Assembly (NCBI RefSeq): GCF_000007185.1
Contig: NC_003551.1
Location: 750,001 to 782,000, forward strand
Source: Methanopyrus kandleri AV19
GTDB taxonomy: Archaea > JAADCQ01 > Methanopyri > Methanopyrales > Methanopyraceae
DNA: 32,000 nt
Direction of reading: 5' to 3'
The translations under genes were made by a program, and so were the position numbers. Under the pieces are notes generated by a model. It saw only the letters and a program-made list of their open reading frames with translations. It made no database searches and had not been told where the DNA came from. Shown one piece after another: positions 1-7,752 of the stretch. The first letter of the stretch is position 1. Each line of letters opens with the position of its first letter.

Positions 1-1
1 C

Positions 2-166
2 TTCATGCCACTGCCCGGAACACCGCTGGAGAACGAGGAGCCAGCACCGCTCTCGTCCAAGATCCGGCGTATACTCGGACGGTGGACTCAAGAAGGTAAG
101 GCGGAAGGCGCGTGGGGACACCAGATGAGGCTCTCCAAGACCGCGATGAAAGTCCTGAGCGGGTAA
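2..166 (+). CDS. 3' end of a gene truncated by the window edge; C-terminal fragment, possibly of a radical SAM-type enzyme
   Basis: The frame is open from the window edge: FMPLPGTPLENEEPAPLSSKIRRILGRWTQEGKAEGAWGHQMRLSKTAMKVLSG*. The TAA stop at 164-166 overlaps the ATG at 166 (TAATG). PLPGTPLE resembles the PxPGTxL motif seen late in radical SAM enzymes (compare PIPGTELG in the rSAM at 7749-9056). It is absent from the ORF track because it has no start in the window. Confidence 0.35.
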   Translation, partial: FMPLPGTPLENEEPAPLSSKIRRILGRWTQEGKAEGAWGHQMRLSKTAMKVLSG

Positions 167-972
167 TGGAATTGGAGGTCCTCGTGCTAAGCCCGGCCGC
201 ATTGTACAGACGTACTGTGAAAGCACTTCGAGATCTGACCGGCTTCGCCCGGGAGGTGGTGGGACTCGAGGAGTTCGGTGTAGGTATAGTAGAAAACCCG
301 CGTGAATACGTTCGGTGGTTAGCCAAACGAGTTGATGAGGGGACGGCTGAGGACGCTCTTCTCACGCTGGTCGGAGGGTCGGGAGCGCTCGTCGTACGCG
401 TTGGCGGTGATACGTATCACGTGCTGATAGGTCCCGCTTACCGGTCTGAGGAATCCGTGAAAGCCGCACTGGCGCACGAGCTGGCCCACCTACTGCAGCA
501 TCGATTGAAGCTGTTCCCCAAGGATGTACCCAGACCGGCAGGAGCTGTCAGGTCCGTGCTGCTACCACTCGAAGTGGGTGCCGAAGAGCTCGTGCTCAGA
601 GAGCTCCCGGAAATAGGTGAGGTGAGGATCAGGATGGCCCAGGAGGAGGCGCGGGAGTGGCGTCGGACGGGCGACCCGATACTGGACCTCGAGAACGCGC
701 TCGTCGCCGTCCCGATAAGGCTAGCCGCTCGACGTCTCGGACTCGACACCTCCGTGCAGGAACCCTCGATCGAGGATCCGGAGCTGAGGGAGGTGAAAGA
801 AGAGCTGGTGAAACTGGCCCGAGGTGTCGACCCGTGGGACCAGTCGGACGTGGAACGTTATACCCGCAAGTCCGTGTCGATACTCCTGGATTGGCTGCTG
901 GATCAGGATCGGCACCACTCGACGAGCGACTCGAACAACCGTAAACCGTCATCGGAGTTCAGGAGACGGTGA
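166..972 (+). CDS. hypothetical protein with an HExxH motif (HELAHLLQH); putative zinc metallopeptidase-like
   Basis: ORF 112-972. I prefer the ATG at 166 (MELEVLVL...) because it forms a TAATG overlap with the upstream stop. The single HELAH motif is the only recognisable feature. The last 70 nt run antisense into the purQ 3' end. Confidence 0.5.
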   Translation: MELEVLVLSPAALYRRTVKALRDLTGFAREVVGLEEFGVGIVENPREYVRWLAKRVDEGTAEDALLTLVGGSGALVVRVGGDTYHVLIGPAYRSEESVKAALAHELAHLLQHRLKLFPKDVPRPAGAVRSVLLPLEVGAEELVLRELPEIGEVRIRMAQEEAREWRRTGDPILDLENALVAVPIRLAARRLGLDTSVQEPSIEDPELREVKEELVKLARGVDPWDQSDVERYTRKSVSILLDWLLDQDRHHSTSDSNNRKPSSEFRRR

Positions 973-1583
973 GCCGCGCGCTCAGGGTGAGGCATCATTC
1001 CGAGGACGTTCCCATCGTCGTTCACAACTCCCGTAATACCGCCGACGGAGCCGTTGAGGTTGTACTCCTCTGAGACGTCGCCGTCGGGTCCGCAGAACCT
1101 GAACACCACGTTGTCCTCGATCTCCTCCGGGTTTTCGTAGTAGTACCGTCCCTCCGCGTGGGCGATCGGAACTCGAATGACTTCGTCCTCCTGGTACTTG
1201 GTCGTGAACGGGGTGTCAGTACGTTCCACGCGTAAGTAGACCCAATCGCAGATGAACCTGTTCCCGACGTTGACCGTGAGAGTACCCGGGATGAGCTCCG
1301 CTTCGGCTAGTATCTGCATTCCGTTACACACTCCCAGCACGGGGCGCCCGTCCTCTGCACACTCTCGAATCTCCTCCAAAATCGGGGATAGCGCGGCGAT
1401 GGCGCCCGCCCGGATGTAATCCCCGTAAGTGAATCCGCCCGGGATGATCACGGCGTCGAAGTCGTCTAACCCACCATCTTCGTGCCAGACGAACTCCGGA
1501 TCTCCACCAGCGAGCTTCACGGCCCATGCCATCTCGAGGTCGCAGTTCGTGCCGGGAAACCTGATGACAGCCACACGGACCAA
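903..1583 (-). CDS. purQ: phosphoribosylformylglycinamidine synthase, glutaminase subunit PurQ
   Basis: 226 aa with a TTG start. Class-I amidotransferase motifs are present: IRFPGTNCD, GGFTYGDY, CNGMQIL, MMPHPER. Confidence 0.93.
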   Translation of the reverse strand: MVRVAVIRFPGTNCDLEMAWAVKLAGGDPEFVWHEDGGLDDFDAVIIPGGFTYGDYIRAGAIAALSPILEEIRECAEDGRPVLGVCNGMQILAEAELIPGTLTVNVGNRFICDWVYLRVERTDTPFTTKYQEDEVIRVPIAHAEGRYYYENPEEIEDNVVFRFCGPDGDVSEEYNLNGSVGGITGVVNDDGNVLGMMPHPERAAHRLLNSDDGLRLFESLVEWCRS

Positions 1584-1590
1584 ACTCAGG

Positions 1591-1651
1591 CCCCCGATGA
1601 TGACCTACCCCGGGACCGAGGTGATGGGGAGTCCCAAGTACGCCGAGGGGG
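1591..1651 (+). ncRNA. candidate box C/D sRNA (61 nt), antisense to the purS-purQ spacer
   Basis: Layout: CCCCC(1591-95)-G-AUGAUGA(1597-1603)-12 nt-CCGA(1616-19)-GG-UGAUGG(1622-27)-15 nt-CCGA(1643-46)-GGGGG(1647-51). There is a terminal 5-bp stem. The D' guide CCUACCCCGGGA is complementary to UCCCGGGGUAGG, which I recall as a conserved archaeal 16S motif. The D boxes are non-consensus (CCGA rather than CUGA). Confidence 0.4.
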
Positions 1652-1652
1652 T

Positions 1653-1907
1653 TCACTCGACGACCTCGATCTCGTAGTCTTCGACGACTGGATTTGCAAG
1701 AAGTCTCCGACACATCTCATCGACGAGCTCTACGGCCTCTTCTTCGTCGTTGATGTCGAGCTCGATCCTGTAGATCTTGGCCGTCCGAACGTCTTCCACC
1801 TCCTCGTATCCCAGTCGGTGTAACGCCCTCTTCACAGTCTCACCTTCGGGGTCCAATGCCTTCGGTTTCAAGCTCACGCGAACCTCGACGGTGACCAACT
1901 GTGTCAC
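1653..1907 (-). CDS. purS: phosphoribosylformylglycinamidine synthase subunit PurS
   Basis: 84 aa, which is the typical PurS size. The sequence reads VEVRVSLKPKALDPEGETVKRALHRLGY...ANPVVEDYEIE. The GTG start overlaps the purC stop (GTGA). Confidence 0.9.
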   Translation of the reverse strand: MTQLVTVEVRVSLKPKALDPEGETVKRALHRLGYEEVEDVRTAKIYRIELDINDEEEAVELVDEMCRRLLANPVVEDYEIEVVE

Positions 1908-2647
1908 CCCGGTAGCATGGCCAGCTTCTCCTCATCACCTCGCAGGATTCTCTCGGCGGCTTCCCTGTAACCCGCCAGAACGTCTCCTTCGTCTTTTCTG
2001 AAGATGTCCTTGTCCAGGCTCTCTTCGGTCTCCGCGTCCCAGAACCGGCACGTGTCGGGGCTGATCTCGTCTCCCACTACGACTTCTCCGTCCGGGTTCA
2101 CTCCGAACTCGAGCTTGAAGTCCACCAGGATGATGTCGCAATCCTTCAGGAACTCGGAGAGCACTTCGTTCACCTGCAGGGTCAGCTCCCGCATGCGTTC
2201 TACTTCTTCTTCCGTAGCCAAACCTAGCGCTCGGATGTGGTCCATATTCACCATCGGGTCTCCGTATTCGTCGCTCTTGTAGTCGAATTCGACGATCGGT
2301 GGATCCAGCTTCTCACCCTCCTCGAATGGTAGTCGCTCCACCAAACTGCCCGTCGCCATGTTGCGACAGATGACCTCCAAATTAAACATGTCTAAGCGCT
2401 CCACTACCATGCGACGCTCGTCGGCGAGTTCCACGTAGTGGGTGGGTATTCCGGCGTCTTCGAGTACTTCGAACAATCGCGCCGAAATCAGGCAGTTGTA
2501 AACTCCCTTGCCTTCGACGGTATCCATTTTCTCCATGTTAAACGCCGTGATGTCGTCTCGGAATTCCATCACGAGCAGGTTCTCATCCTCCGGATGTTCG
2601 TAGAGACTCTTCGCCTTGCCCTCGTAGACGAGTCTACCGCGCTCCAT
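1904..2647 (-). CDS. purC: phosphoribosylaminoimidazole-succinocarboxamide (SAICAR) synthase PurC
   Basis: 247 aa. The sequence LVYEGKAKSLY...RDDITAFN...KGVYNCLISARLFE...VDFKLEFG is a classic PurC pattern. Confidence 0.95.
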   Translation of the reverse strand: MERGRLVYEGKAKSLYEHPEDENLLVMEFRDDITAFNMEKMDTVEGKGVYNCLISARLFEVLEDAGIPTHYVELADERRMVVERLDMFNLEVICRNMATGSLVERLPFEEGEKLDPPIVEFDYKSDEYGDPMVNMDHIRALGLATEEEVERMRELTLQVNEVLSEFLKDCDIILVDFKLEFGVNPDGEVVVGDEISPDTCRFWDAETEESLDKDIFRKDEGDVLAGYREAAERILRGDEEKLAMLPG

Positions 2648-2680
2648 AGCGGTGCCCGCTCCCTTAGCCGGCCGAACCTG

Positions 2681-2688
2681 TATATAAA
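2681..2688. promoter_or_regulatory. TATA box (TATATAAA) in the purC / FIST-gene divergent spacer
   Basis: This is the only AT-rich element in the 79-nt spacer. It lies 34 nt from the purC ATG (2647) and 39 nt from the ATG at 2727, and GGAGTGG (2709-2715) is available as an SD for the + gene. Confidence 0.5.
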
Positions 2689-2726
2689 CACTAAACGCGT
2701 CAACAAACGGAGTGGAAAGTTAACTT

Positions 2727-3977
2727 ATGCCGTTCTTGCTGGAGGGGGCACGTCAGTTGAAGACTATAGAGGTCGGTGTGGCTTACGGGAAGGATCCGCA
2801 CGCGGTCGTGGAGGACGCGATAGATCAGCTAACGGAGGATCCCAACTTAGGGCTGGTATTCTTCTCACCCAAGCACATCGAGGAAATCGAGAGTGCCGTG
2901 GGCAGCCTCCCAGAAGGATGCAAGGTGATAGGGTGTTCGACGGCCGGTGAGCTCACTCCGGATGGGTACACCTATGGCACAGTTATCGTGGCGTTAATCT
3001 CCAGCCCGTACCTCGCCGTGGAAACGCACCGCATTACCTTCGAGCGTGAAGACCCGAAGCACGCTAGGGAGATAGGCCGCAACCTCGTGCTCGGAGCGAT
3101 GGAGAAGCTACGTAACCCGGGCCCCTGTCTCGACATCAACTTCAACGCCATGCTCACGAGTCTCAGTGAGGGAAGACCCATCAGGGCGCTTCCCTACTTC
3201 ATAATCGAGCTCGTCGAGGGCCTGGTTCCCGCCATTGATTACTACATGGACGGTATCAACGAGGTGGTCCAGAAGTACAAGTTCCTCGAGGTGTACGGTG
3301 GGGCGGCCGGTGACGACCTACGTCTCGAGCGTACGTACGTGCTCGAGGGGCGTACCTTGTGTCCTGAAGGGTCGGCCGTGGTAGCGTTCGGCTCTACGGC
3401 TCTCAAGATCGGCGGGGCCCTAGAGTGCGGATTCGAGCCGGTGTATGAGGATAGGTTCCCGGTCACCAAGGCCGTACCCGAGGAGCGACGGATCGTGGAG
3501 TTCGACGGCGAACCGGCCGCCGATTATTACGCCGATGTGGTGGGGAAACCCGTCGAGGAACTCGATGACTCCGTGTTCATGTGGAACCCGCTTGGATGGG
3601 AGATCTTCGGCCGGGAGATCATCGTGCGCGAGCCGGCGTTCGTGGAAGACGACGGGTCGATGATCTTCCATTCGAGGTCACCGGCGGCGGGAGCGTTGAT
3701 CCGGCTTGAACCGACTGAGGAGAACATGCGTGAAACCGCGCGGCGTGTCACGGAGCGGGCGATGAGGAGGGCGGACATCCGAGATCCCGAGGAGATCGCG
3801 CTGGTGCTCGTGTTCGACTGTGCTCACCGGGACTGTGACGCCCAATACGATGCCATTCGGGAAGTGGTGGGCGACGATGTGCCGATCGTTGGGTTCAAAA
3901 CCTACGGAGAGCACGGGCAGCTTGAGTCGGGCCCCGTCGGTCACTTCAACCAGACCATCGAGGTCGTCGATCGGTAG
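2727..3977 (+). CDS. FIST-domain protein (putative small-molecule sensor)
   Basis: 416 aa. The N-terminal half has GLVFFSP...VIGCSTAGELTPDG (FIST_N-like). The C-terminal half has VFDCAHR...IVGFKTYGEHG (FIST_C-like). Confidence 0.62.
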   Translation: MPFLLEGARQLKTIEVGVAYGKDPHAVVEDAIDQLTEDPNLGLVFFSPKHIEEIESAVGSLPEGCKVIGCSTAGELTPDGYTYGTVIVALISSPYLAVETHRITFEREDPKHAREIGRNLVLGAMEKLRNPGPCLDINFNAMLTSLSEGRPIRALPYFIIELVEGLVPAIDYYMDGINEVVQKYKFLEVYGGAAGDDLRLERTYVLEGRTLCPEGSAVVAFGSTALKIGGALECGFEPVYEDRFPVTKAVPEERRIVEFDGEPAADYYADVVGKPVEELDDSVFMWNPLGWEIFGREIIVREPAFVEDDGSMIFHSRSPAAGALIRLEPTEENMRETARRVTERAMRRADIRDPEEIALVLVFDCAHRDCDAQYDAIREVVGDDVPIVGFKTYGEHGQLESGPVGHFNQTIEVVDR

Positions 3978-4064
3978 AATCCCGGTCTCTCGCTGACTTC
4001 CACCTCCGTCGTCATCGTTTCGCGTGAGATAACGAAGGGGGTCTCCGAGATCCGAGTAGGGCTC

Positions 4065-5180
4065 GTGATCCACGGTCCTACGGTGATCGACACGGGTTGG
4101 GCCGAGCGTATCCTTCGCTCCCTGAAAAGGCTGGGCGAGGTCCGTGCTAAGCTCGGAGGCACCACCGGTTACGTGGCGCTCTTAGACGCGGGACTAGACT
4201 CCGTGGTGGAGTTCGACCGGAAGCTACCGAGCGAGTGCTTGTCCGAGCTGAACGAGTGGGCCGACGTTCTAGTCCTCACGAACCACGGTAAAAGCCGAGA
4301 AAGCGGTCTCGCTTTCGCGGAACAGGTACTCTCCAGGGCCGAAGGTGTCGACTCGCTAGTACAGGCAGAGCGCCCGGGCGAACCCGACGGTGGTATCGTC
4401 CTGTGGAACCCCGGCGACGCGGAGCGGACGGTGGCTGAGCACCTCCGGGAGGATTTGGGGTTGAAGATTACCGAGGTTCGGACTGTTCGGACCGAGAAAG
4501 GCGGCGGAATTGGGAAGTCCCGGAGGGTCGCCTGTGTCGAGCCGGGTGATCGCATTCTAGTGAACGGAATCACGGTAGGTGTCGCCGAATCCCGGAACGT
4601 GGAGCTGGTGTTCGATGACAGCGGGTACTTGGTGGAGATTCGCGGCGGCAGGATCAAGCCGGAAGGTGTAGAGCGCCTCGGCCGGGTGGATCCTGAGCGC
4701 GTGGTGGTGAAAACGGACCGCAGACTTAGGAGAACTGAGCCGGAGCGTAAGAGGGTGAAGAGTGGGCCCGAAAGGATCCATCGGGTTCTACTCGTCGACC
4801 ACGACGCGGAGCGTAAAGTCGAAGATATGCGTCGATCGGACGCTGTCGTCTCCGTCGGGGACGACACAACTTGCGTGTGCGCGGAGCTAGGTGATCGGCT
4901 GGGAGTTTGGGTGATAGGGCTCGTCGATCTCGATCCGGACGGATGGGTTCGTGACGATACGCGCGAGTCCCTGCGCAGCTCCGAGAACCTAGCGGCCCTA
5001 CTAGTGTGTGAGCGGGACGACGATGCCGGGAAATTGGTTCGAGGGCGGTTCTTTCGCGACCGAGAGATGAGGGTGCTCGATCCCCCCGTGACAGTTGGGG
5101 AGCTCGTCGAAGAGGTGAAAGAGTGCGTAAAGGAGGTTCTCAAGTGCGTGTACCACAAGGCGAAAGAGACCTCAGCGTGA
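4065..5180 (+). CDS. conserved uncharacterised archaeal protein; first gene of the marker-gene chain
   Basis: 371 aa with a GTG start and acidic, coding-like composition. I have no firm family assignment; it is possibly of the DUF2117 type, but that is only a recollection. Its stop overlaps the next gene's GTG (GTGA at 5177-5180). Confidence 0.6.
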   Translation: MIHGPTVIDTGWAERILRSLKRLGEVRAKLGGTTGYVALLDAGLDSVVEFDRKLPSECLSELNEWADVLVLTNHGKSRESGLAFAEQVLSRAEGVDSLVQAERPGEPDGGIVLWNPGDAERTVAEHLREDLGLKITEVRTVRTEKGGGIGKSRRVACVEPGDRILVNGITVGVAESRNVELVFDDSGYLVEIRGGRIKPEGVERLGRVDPERVVVKTDRRLRRTEPERKRVKSGPERIHRVLLVDHDAERKVEDMRRSDAVVSVGDDTTCVCAELGDRLGVWVIGLVDLDPDGWVRDDTRESLRSSENLAALLVCERDDDAGKLVRGRFFRDREMRVLDPPVTVGELVEEVKECVKEVLKCVYHKAKETSA

Positions 5181-6220
5181 GCTGGGTTCCTCACCACTCG
5201 GACCCGCGACTTCTCGTCATCGGTGGGGGTTCGGCTTTGAACCTCCGGGAACTCGCCCGCGAGCTCCGGTCCTTTGAGGGTGTTACCAGGAAGCATCCCG
5301 TGAAAACCGTGGTGGAGGGTCTTTTAGAGCCGCTCGATGTGACGTTCGAAGGAGAGGTCATCGCGGACGTGGGCGAGGATGCCGCGGCGGTAAAGGTGGG
5401 GGACGACATACTACTGATCGCGGCAGACGGCATCTGGGGCAAACTGATCGATCGGGACCCATGGTGGGCTGGGTACTGTGCGGTTCTCGTGAACGTGAAC
5501 GACGTGCTGGCGATGGGCGGCCGGCCAGTCGGCCTCGTTAACGTGCTTTCGACGTCCGACGTCGATGTGTGTCGTGAAATCCTCGAAGGAATGCGTGAGG
5601 GCGCGTGGAAGTTTTCCACGCCGGTCCTCGGAGGACACACACATCCGGACACTCCTTACACCGCAGTAGATGCGGCGATAGTGGGGGTCACCGACGAAGA
5701 GCATCTCGTGCTCAGTTCTACTGCTGAGGAGGGGGACTTGATAGTCTTCGTCATCGACCTCAACGGTCGACCTTATCCGGAGTATCCTCTTAACTGGGAT
5801 ACAACAACGATGAAGGATCCTGACTACCTCAGGAGGCAAATGGAAGCCGTAGTGGAAGCTTCTAAGCTCGTGAAAGCTGGTAAAGATGTGAGTAACCCGG
5901 GCCTCGTCGGAACTCTCGCCATGATGCTCGAAGCCAGTGGTTGTCTCGGTGCTGAGGTGTGGTTAGACAGCATCCCAAAGCCTGAAGACGTAGACATGGT
6001 CACGTGGCTGAAAATGTATCCTGGAATGGGTTTCGTGTACGCGGTGGACAGTGAGCGCGATGTCCGTGCGATCAGGCGCGTGTTGTCCGATGCCAGGCTG
6101 GAAGTGTCGGTGATCGGCGAGGTGACGGAGGACGGTGTTGTTAAGGTGTCCGAAGGTGACGAAAGTGCTCGAGTGTTCGACTTTCGAGAGGACAGAATCC
6201 TCGGGGTGTCTCCACGTTGA
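5177..6220 (+). CDS. mmp2: methanogenesis marker protein 2 (AIR synthase/PurM-like superfamily)
   Basis: PurM-type N and C domains are present: GEDAAAVKVGD..LIAADG, VNVNDVLAMGGRP, GGHTHPD. The ELRSFEGVTRKHP N-terminus is typical of marker 2. The ORF track starts at 5123; I prefer the in-frame GTG at 5177, which overlaps the upstream TGA. Confidence 0.78.
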   Translation: MSWVPHHSDPRLLVIGGGSALNLRELARELRSFEGVTRKHPVKTVVEGLLEPLDVTFEGEVIADVGEDAAAVKVGDDILLIAADGIWGKLIDRDPWWAGYCAVLVNVNDVLAMGGRPVGLVNVLSTSDVDVCREILEGMREGAWKFSTPVLGGHTHPDTPYTAVDAAIVGVTDEEHLVLSSTAEEGDLIVFVIDLNGRPYPEYPLNWDTTTMKDPDYLRRQMEAVVEASKLVKAGKDVSNPGLVGTLAMMLEASGCLGAEVWLDSIPKPEDVDMVTWLKMYPGMGFVYAVDSERDVRAIRRVLSDARLEVSVIGEVTEDGVVKVSEGDESARVFDFREDRILGVSPR

Positions 6221-7752
6221 GAGTATACGTCGACGGGGAGCCTGTTGACGTACCCGAGGAGGCGACTGTTCGCGATGCGCTCGAGGCAGCGGGAGTCAGT
6301 GTGCCCGAAGACGTCACGATCGCCGTATTCAAAGGTGAACAGAAGGTCGAGCGCGAGACCGATAGGCTTCGGATAATGCTCGAGACAGGCGACGAAGAAC
6401 TTTCGCTAACGGTGGCCGTCGAAGACGAGCGAATGAGTGAGGTTTGTGAGGAATTGCCCGGAGCCTCCGTCTCCTGGACGACCCGTGACGAGGTGGGATT
6501 GGGTCCGGTGGACGTTTCTGATCTCGAGTTCCACACACGTCGGGGTGTCGAAGTCCCTCCGTACACGGCGATCCTGATCCTGCCCACCAACGATCCCTCC
6601 GAGGCCTACTTCCTGATCACCAAGCGCCGGATGGCCGTCGAGTACATCTGTACCGACATTCATGGCCGTGTAACGGCTGGTCGGGAGCTGGTCGACGAGC
6701 TCCGTGGTGGAGAGCGCGTGACACACGTGGAGCCCGTGGTTGAGCGCGCCACCGAACGTGTCGTCTCAAGGGTCACCCTTGACGACGGACTCGAGGCCGG
6801 TGACCGGATCATTACCAGGGTGGAGATAGAACTCGAGAAGAACGCGCCGGTCAGTGCCGAGCACCTGCTCAACACGCTGGAGATGGAAGAGGGTCGGTTG
6901 CGGATTAAGTTCAGGACGGACACGTTCACATCGATCGAGCCACGTCCGTTCTACGATTTGCCCGAGGAGAACGTCGACATGCGTGAACGTGGCGTCGTGA
7001 CCGTACGCAATCGAGGCGTCGACGAAGGCGTCGTATACGTGTACCGCCGTGACCGGACTCCCGTCGAGAGCCACAACGTCGTAGGTAGGGTTCGCCGGGG
7101 GATGGAGCTCCTCGACGTGGTGGCCGAGGGCGATCGAGTCCTGGTGGAAACCGATCCTCCCCGGGTGAACTTCGTCGGGCTGACCGTCGACGAAGCCAGG
7201 GAGCTGGCGGAAGAGTTCGACGTCGAGCTCGAAGTGAACGGTGATGGCGACGTTGTGGTCGATCAGGAGCCTAGGGAGACTCTGAACGTACTCAAGGAGA
7301 GGAAAGTCCGGGTCGAAGTAGTTCCTGAGGACGAAGTTATCGAAATAGAGCTCTACGAGGACGACGCTCCGCGCTCCGTCGAGTACTTCAGGCGAGTCAC
7401 GAAGATGTTGGACAGACCGGTAGGCCGTCTCAAAGTTCACTTCGCTTACGCAGACTTGGGAATGATCGTGTTCGAAGGGAACGAGAAGCTCGGAAAGAAG
7501 CTTCCACCCGAGAACAACCCGAAGGATCGAGTTGAGGCCGGTGTCCTGGGGGTCACGAATCAAGCCAAACCTCACGCGGGTCTCATCGGAGTTCGGCTCG
7601 AGGACAGCGAGGAATACGGTCCTACGGGCGAGACCTTCGAAGGTACGAACGTCATCGGCCGCGTTGTGGAAGGACTCGGCCGCCTCCGCGAGATGGACCA
7701 GTCCGACATGGGTCGTACCGTCTACGTTCGGGAGGTGAGGGGCGAGCGATGA
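6217..7752 (+). CDS. mmp3: methanogenesis marker protein 3 (UPF0288 family) with a cyclophilin-like C-terminal domain
   Basis: 511 aa with a TTG start that overlaps the upstream stop (TTGA). The size and the N-terminus [14 protein letters not shown]... fit UPF0288/marker 3. The C-terminal ~140 aa align by eye with the cyclophilin fold. Confidence 0.68.
   Translation: [511 protein letters not shown]

Noticed and set aside
3-365. A 120-aa - strand ORF at the window start.
   Set aside because: It is antisense to the better-supported + strand genes (the upstream fragment ending at 166 and the HExxH ORF). Its composition is R/S/T/P-rich.
903-972. A 70-nt convergent overlap between the HExxH ORF tail and the purQ 3' end.
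   Set aside because: The overlapping tail (DRHHSTSDSNNRKPSSEFRRR) is low in complexity. It probably reflects only the lack of an earlier stop codon. Sequence alone does not tell me whether it has any function.
4169-5296. A long antisense ORF (375 aa). Similar ones occur at 6766-7575(-), 8966-9583(-), 19523-20440(+), 12388-12948(-), 10312-10842(+), 18174-18680(-), 14506-15168(-) and 20294-20875(-).
   Set aside because: All lie opposite genes with clear family motifs. Their products are S/R/P/T-rich and low in complexity with no motifs. This is the expected stop-codon-poor antisense frame of a high-GC genome.
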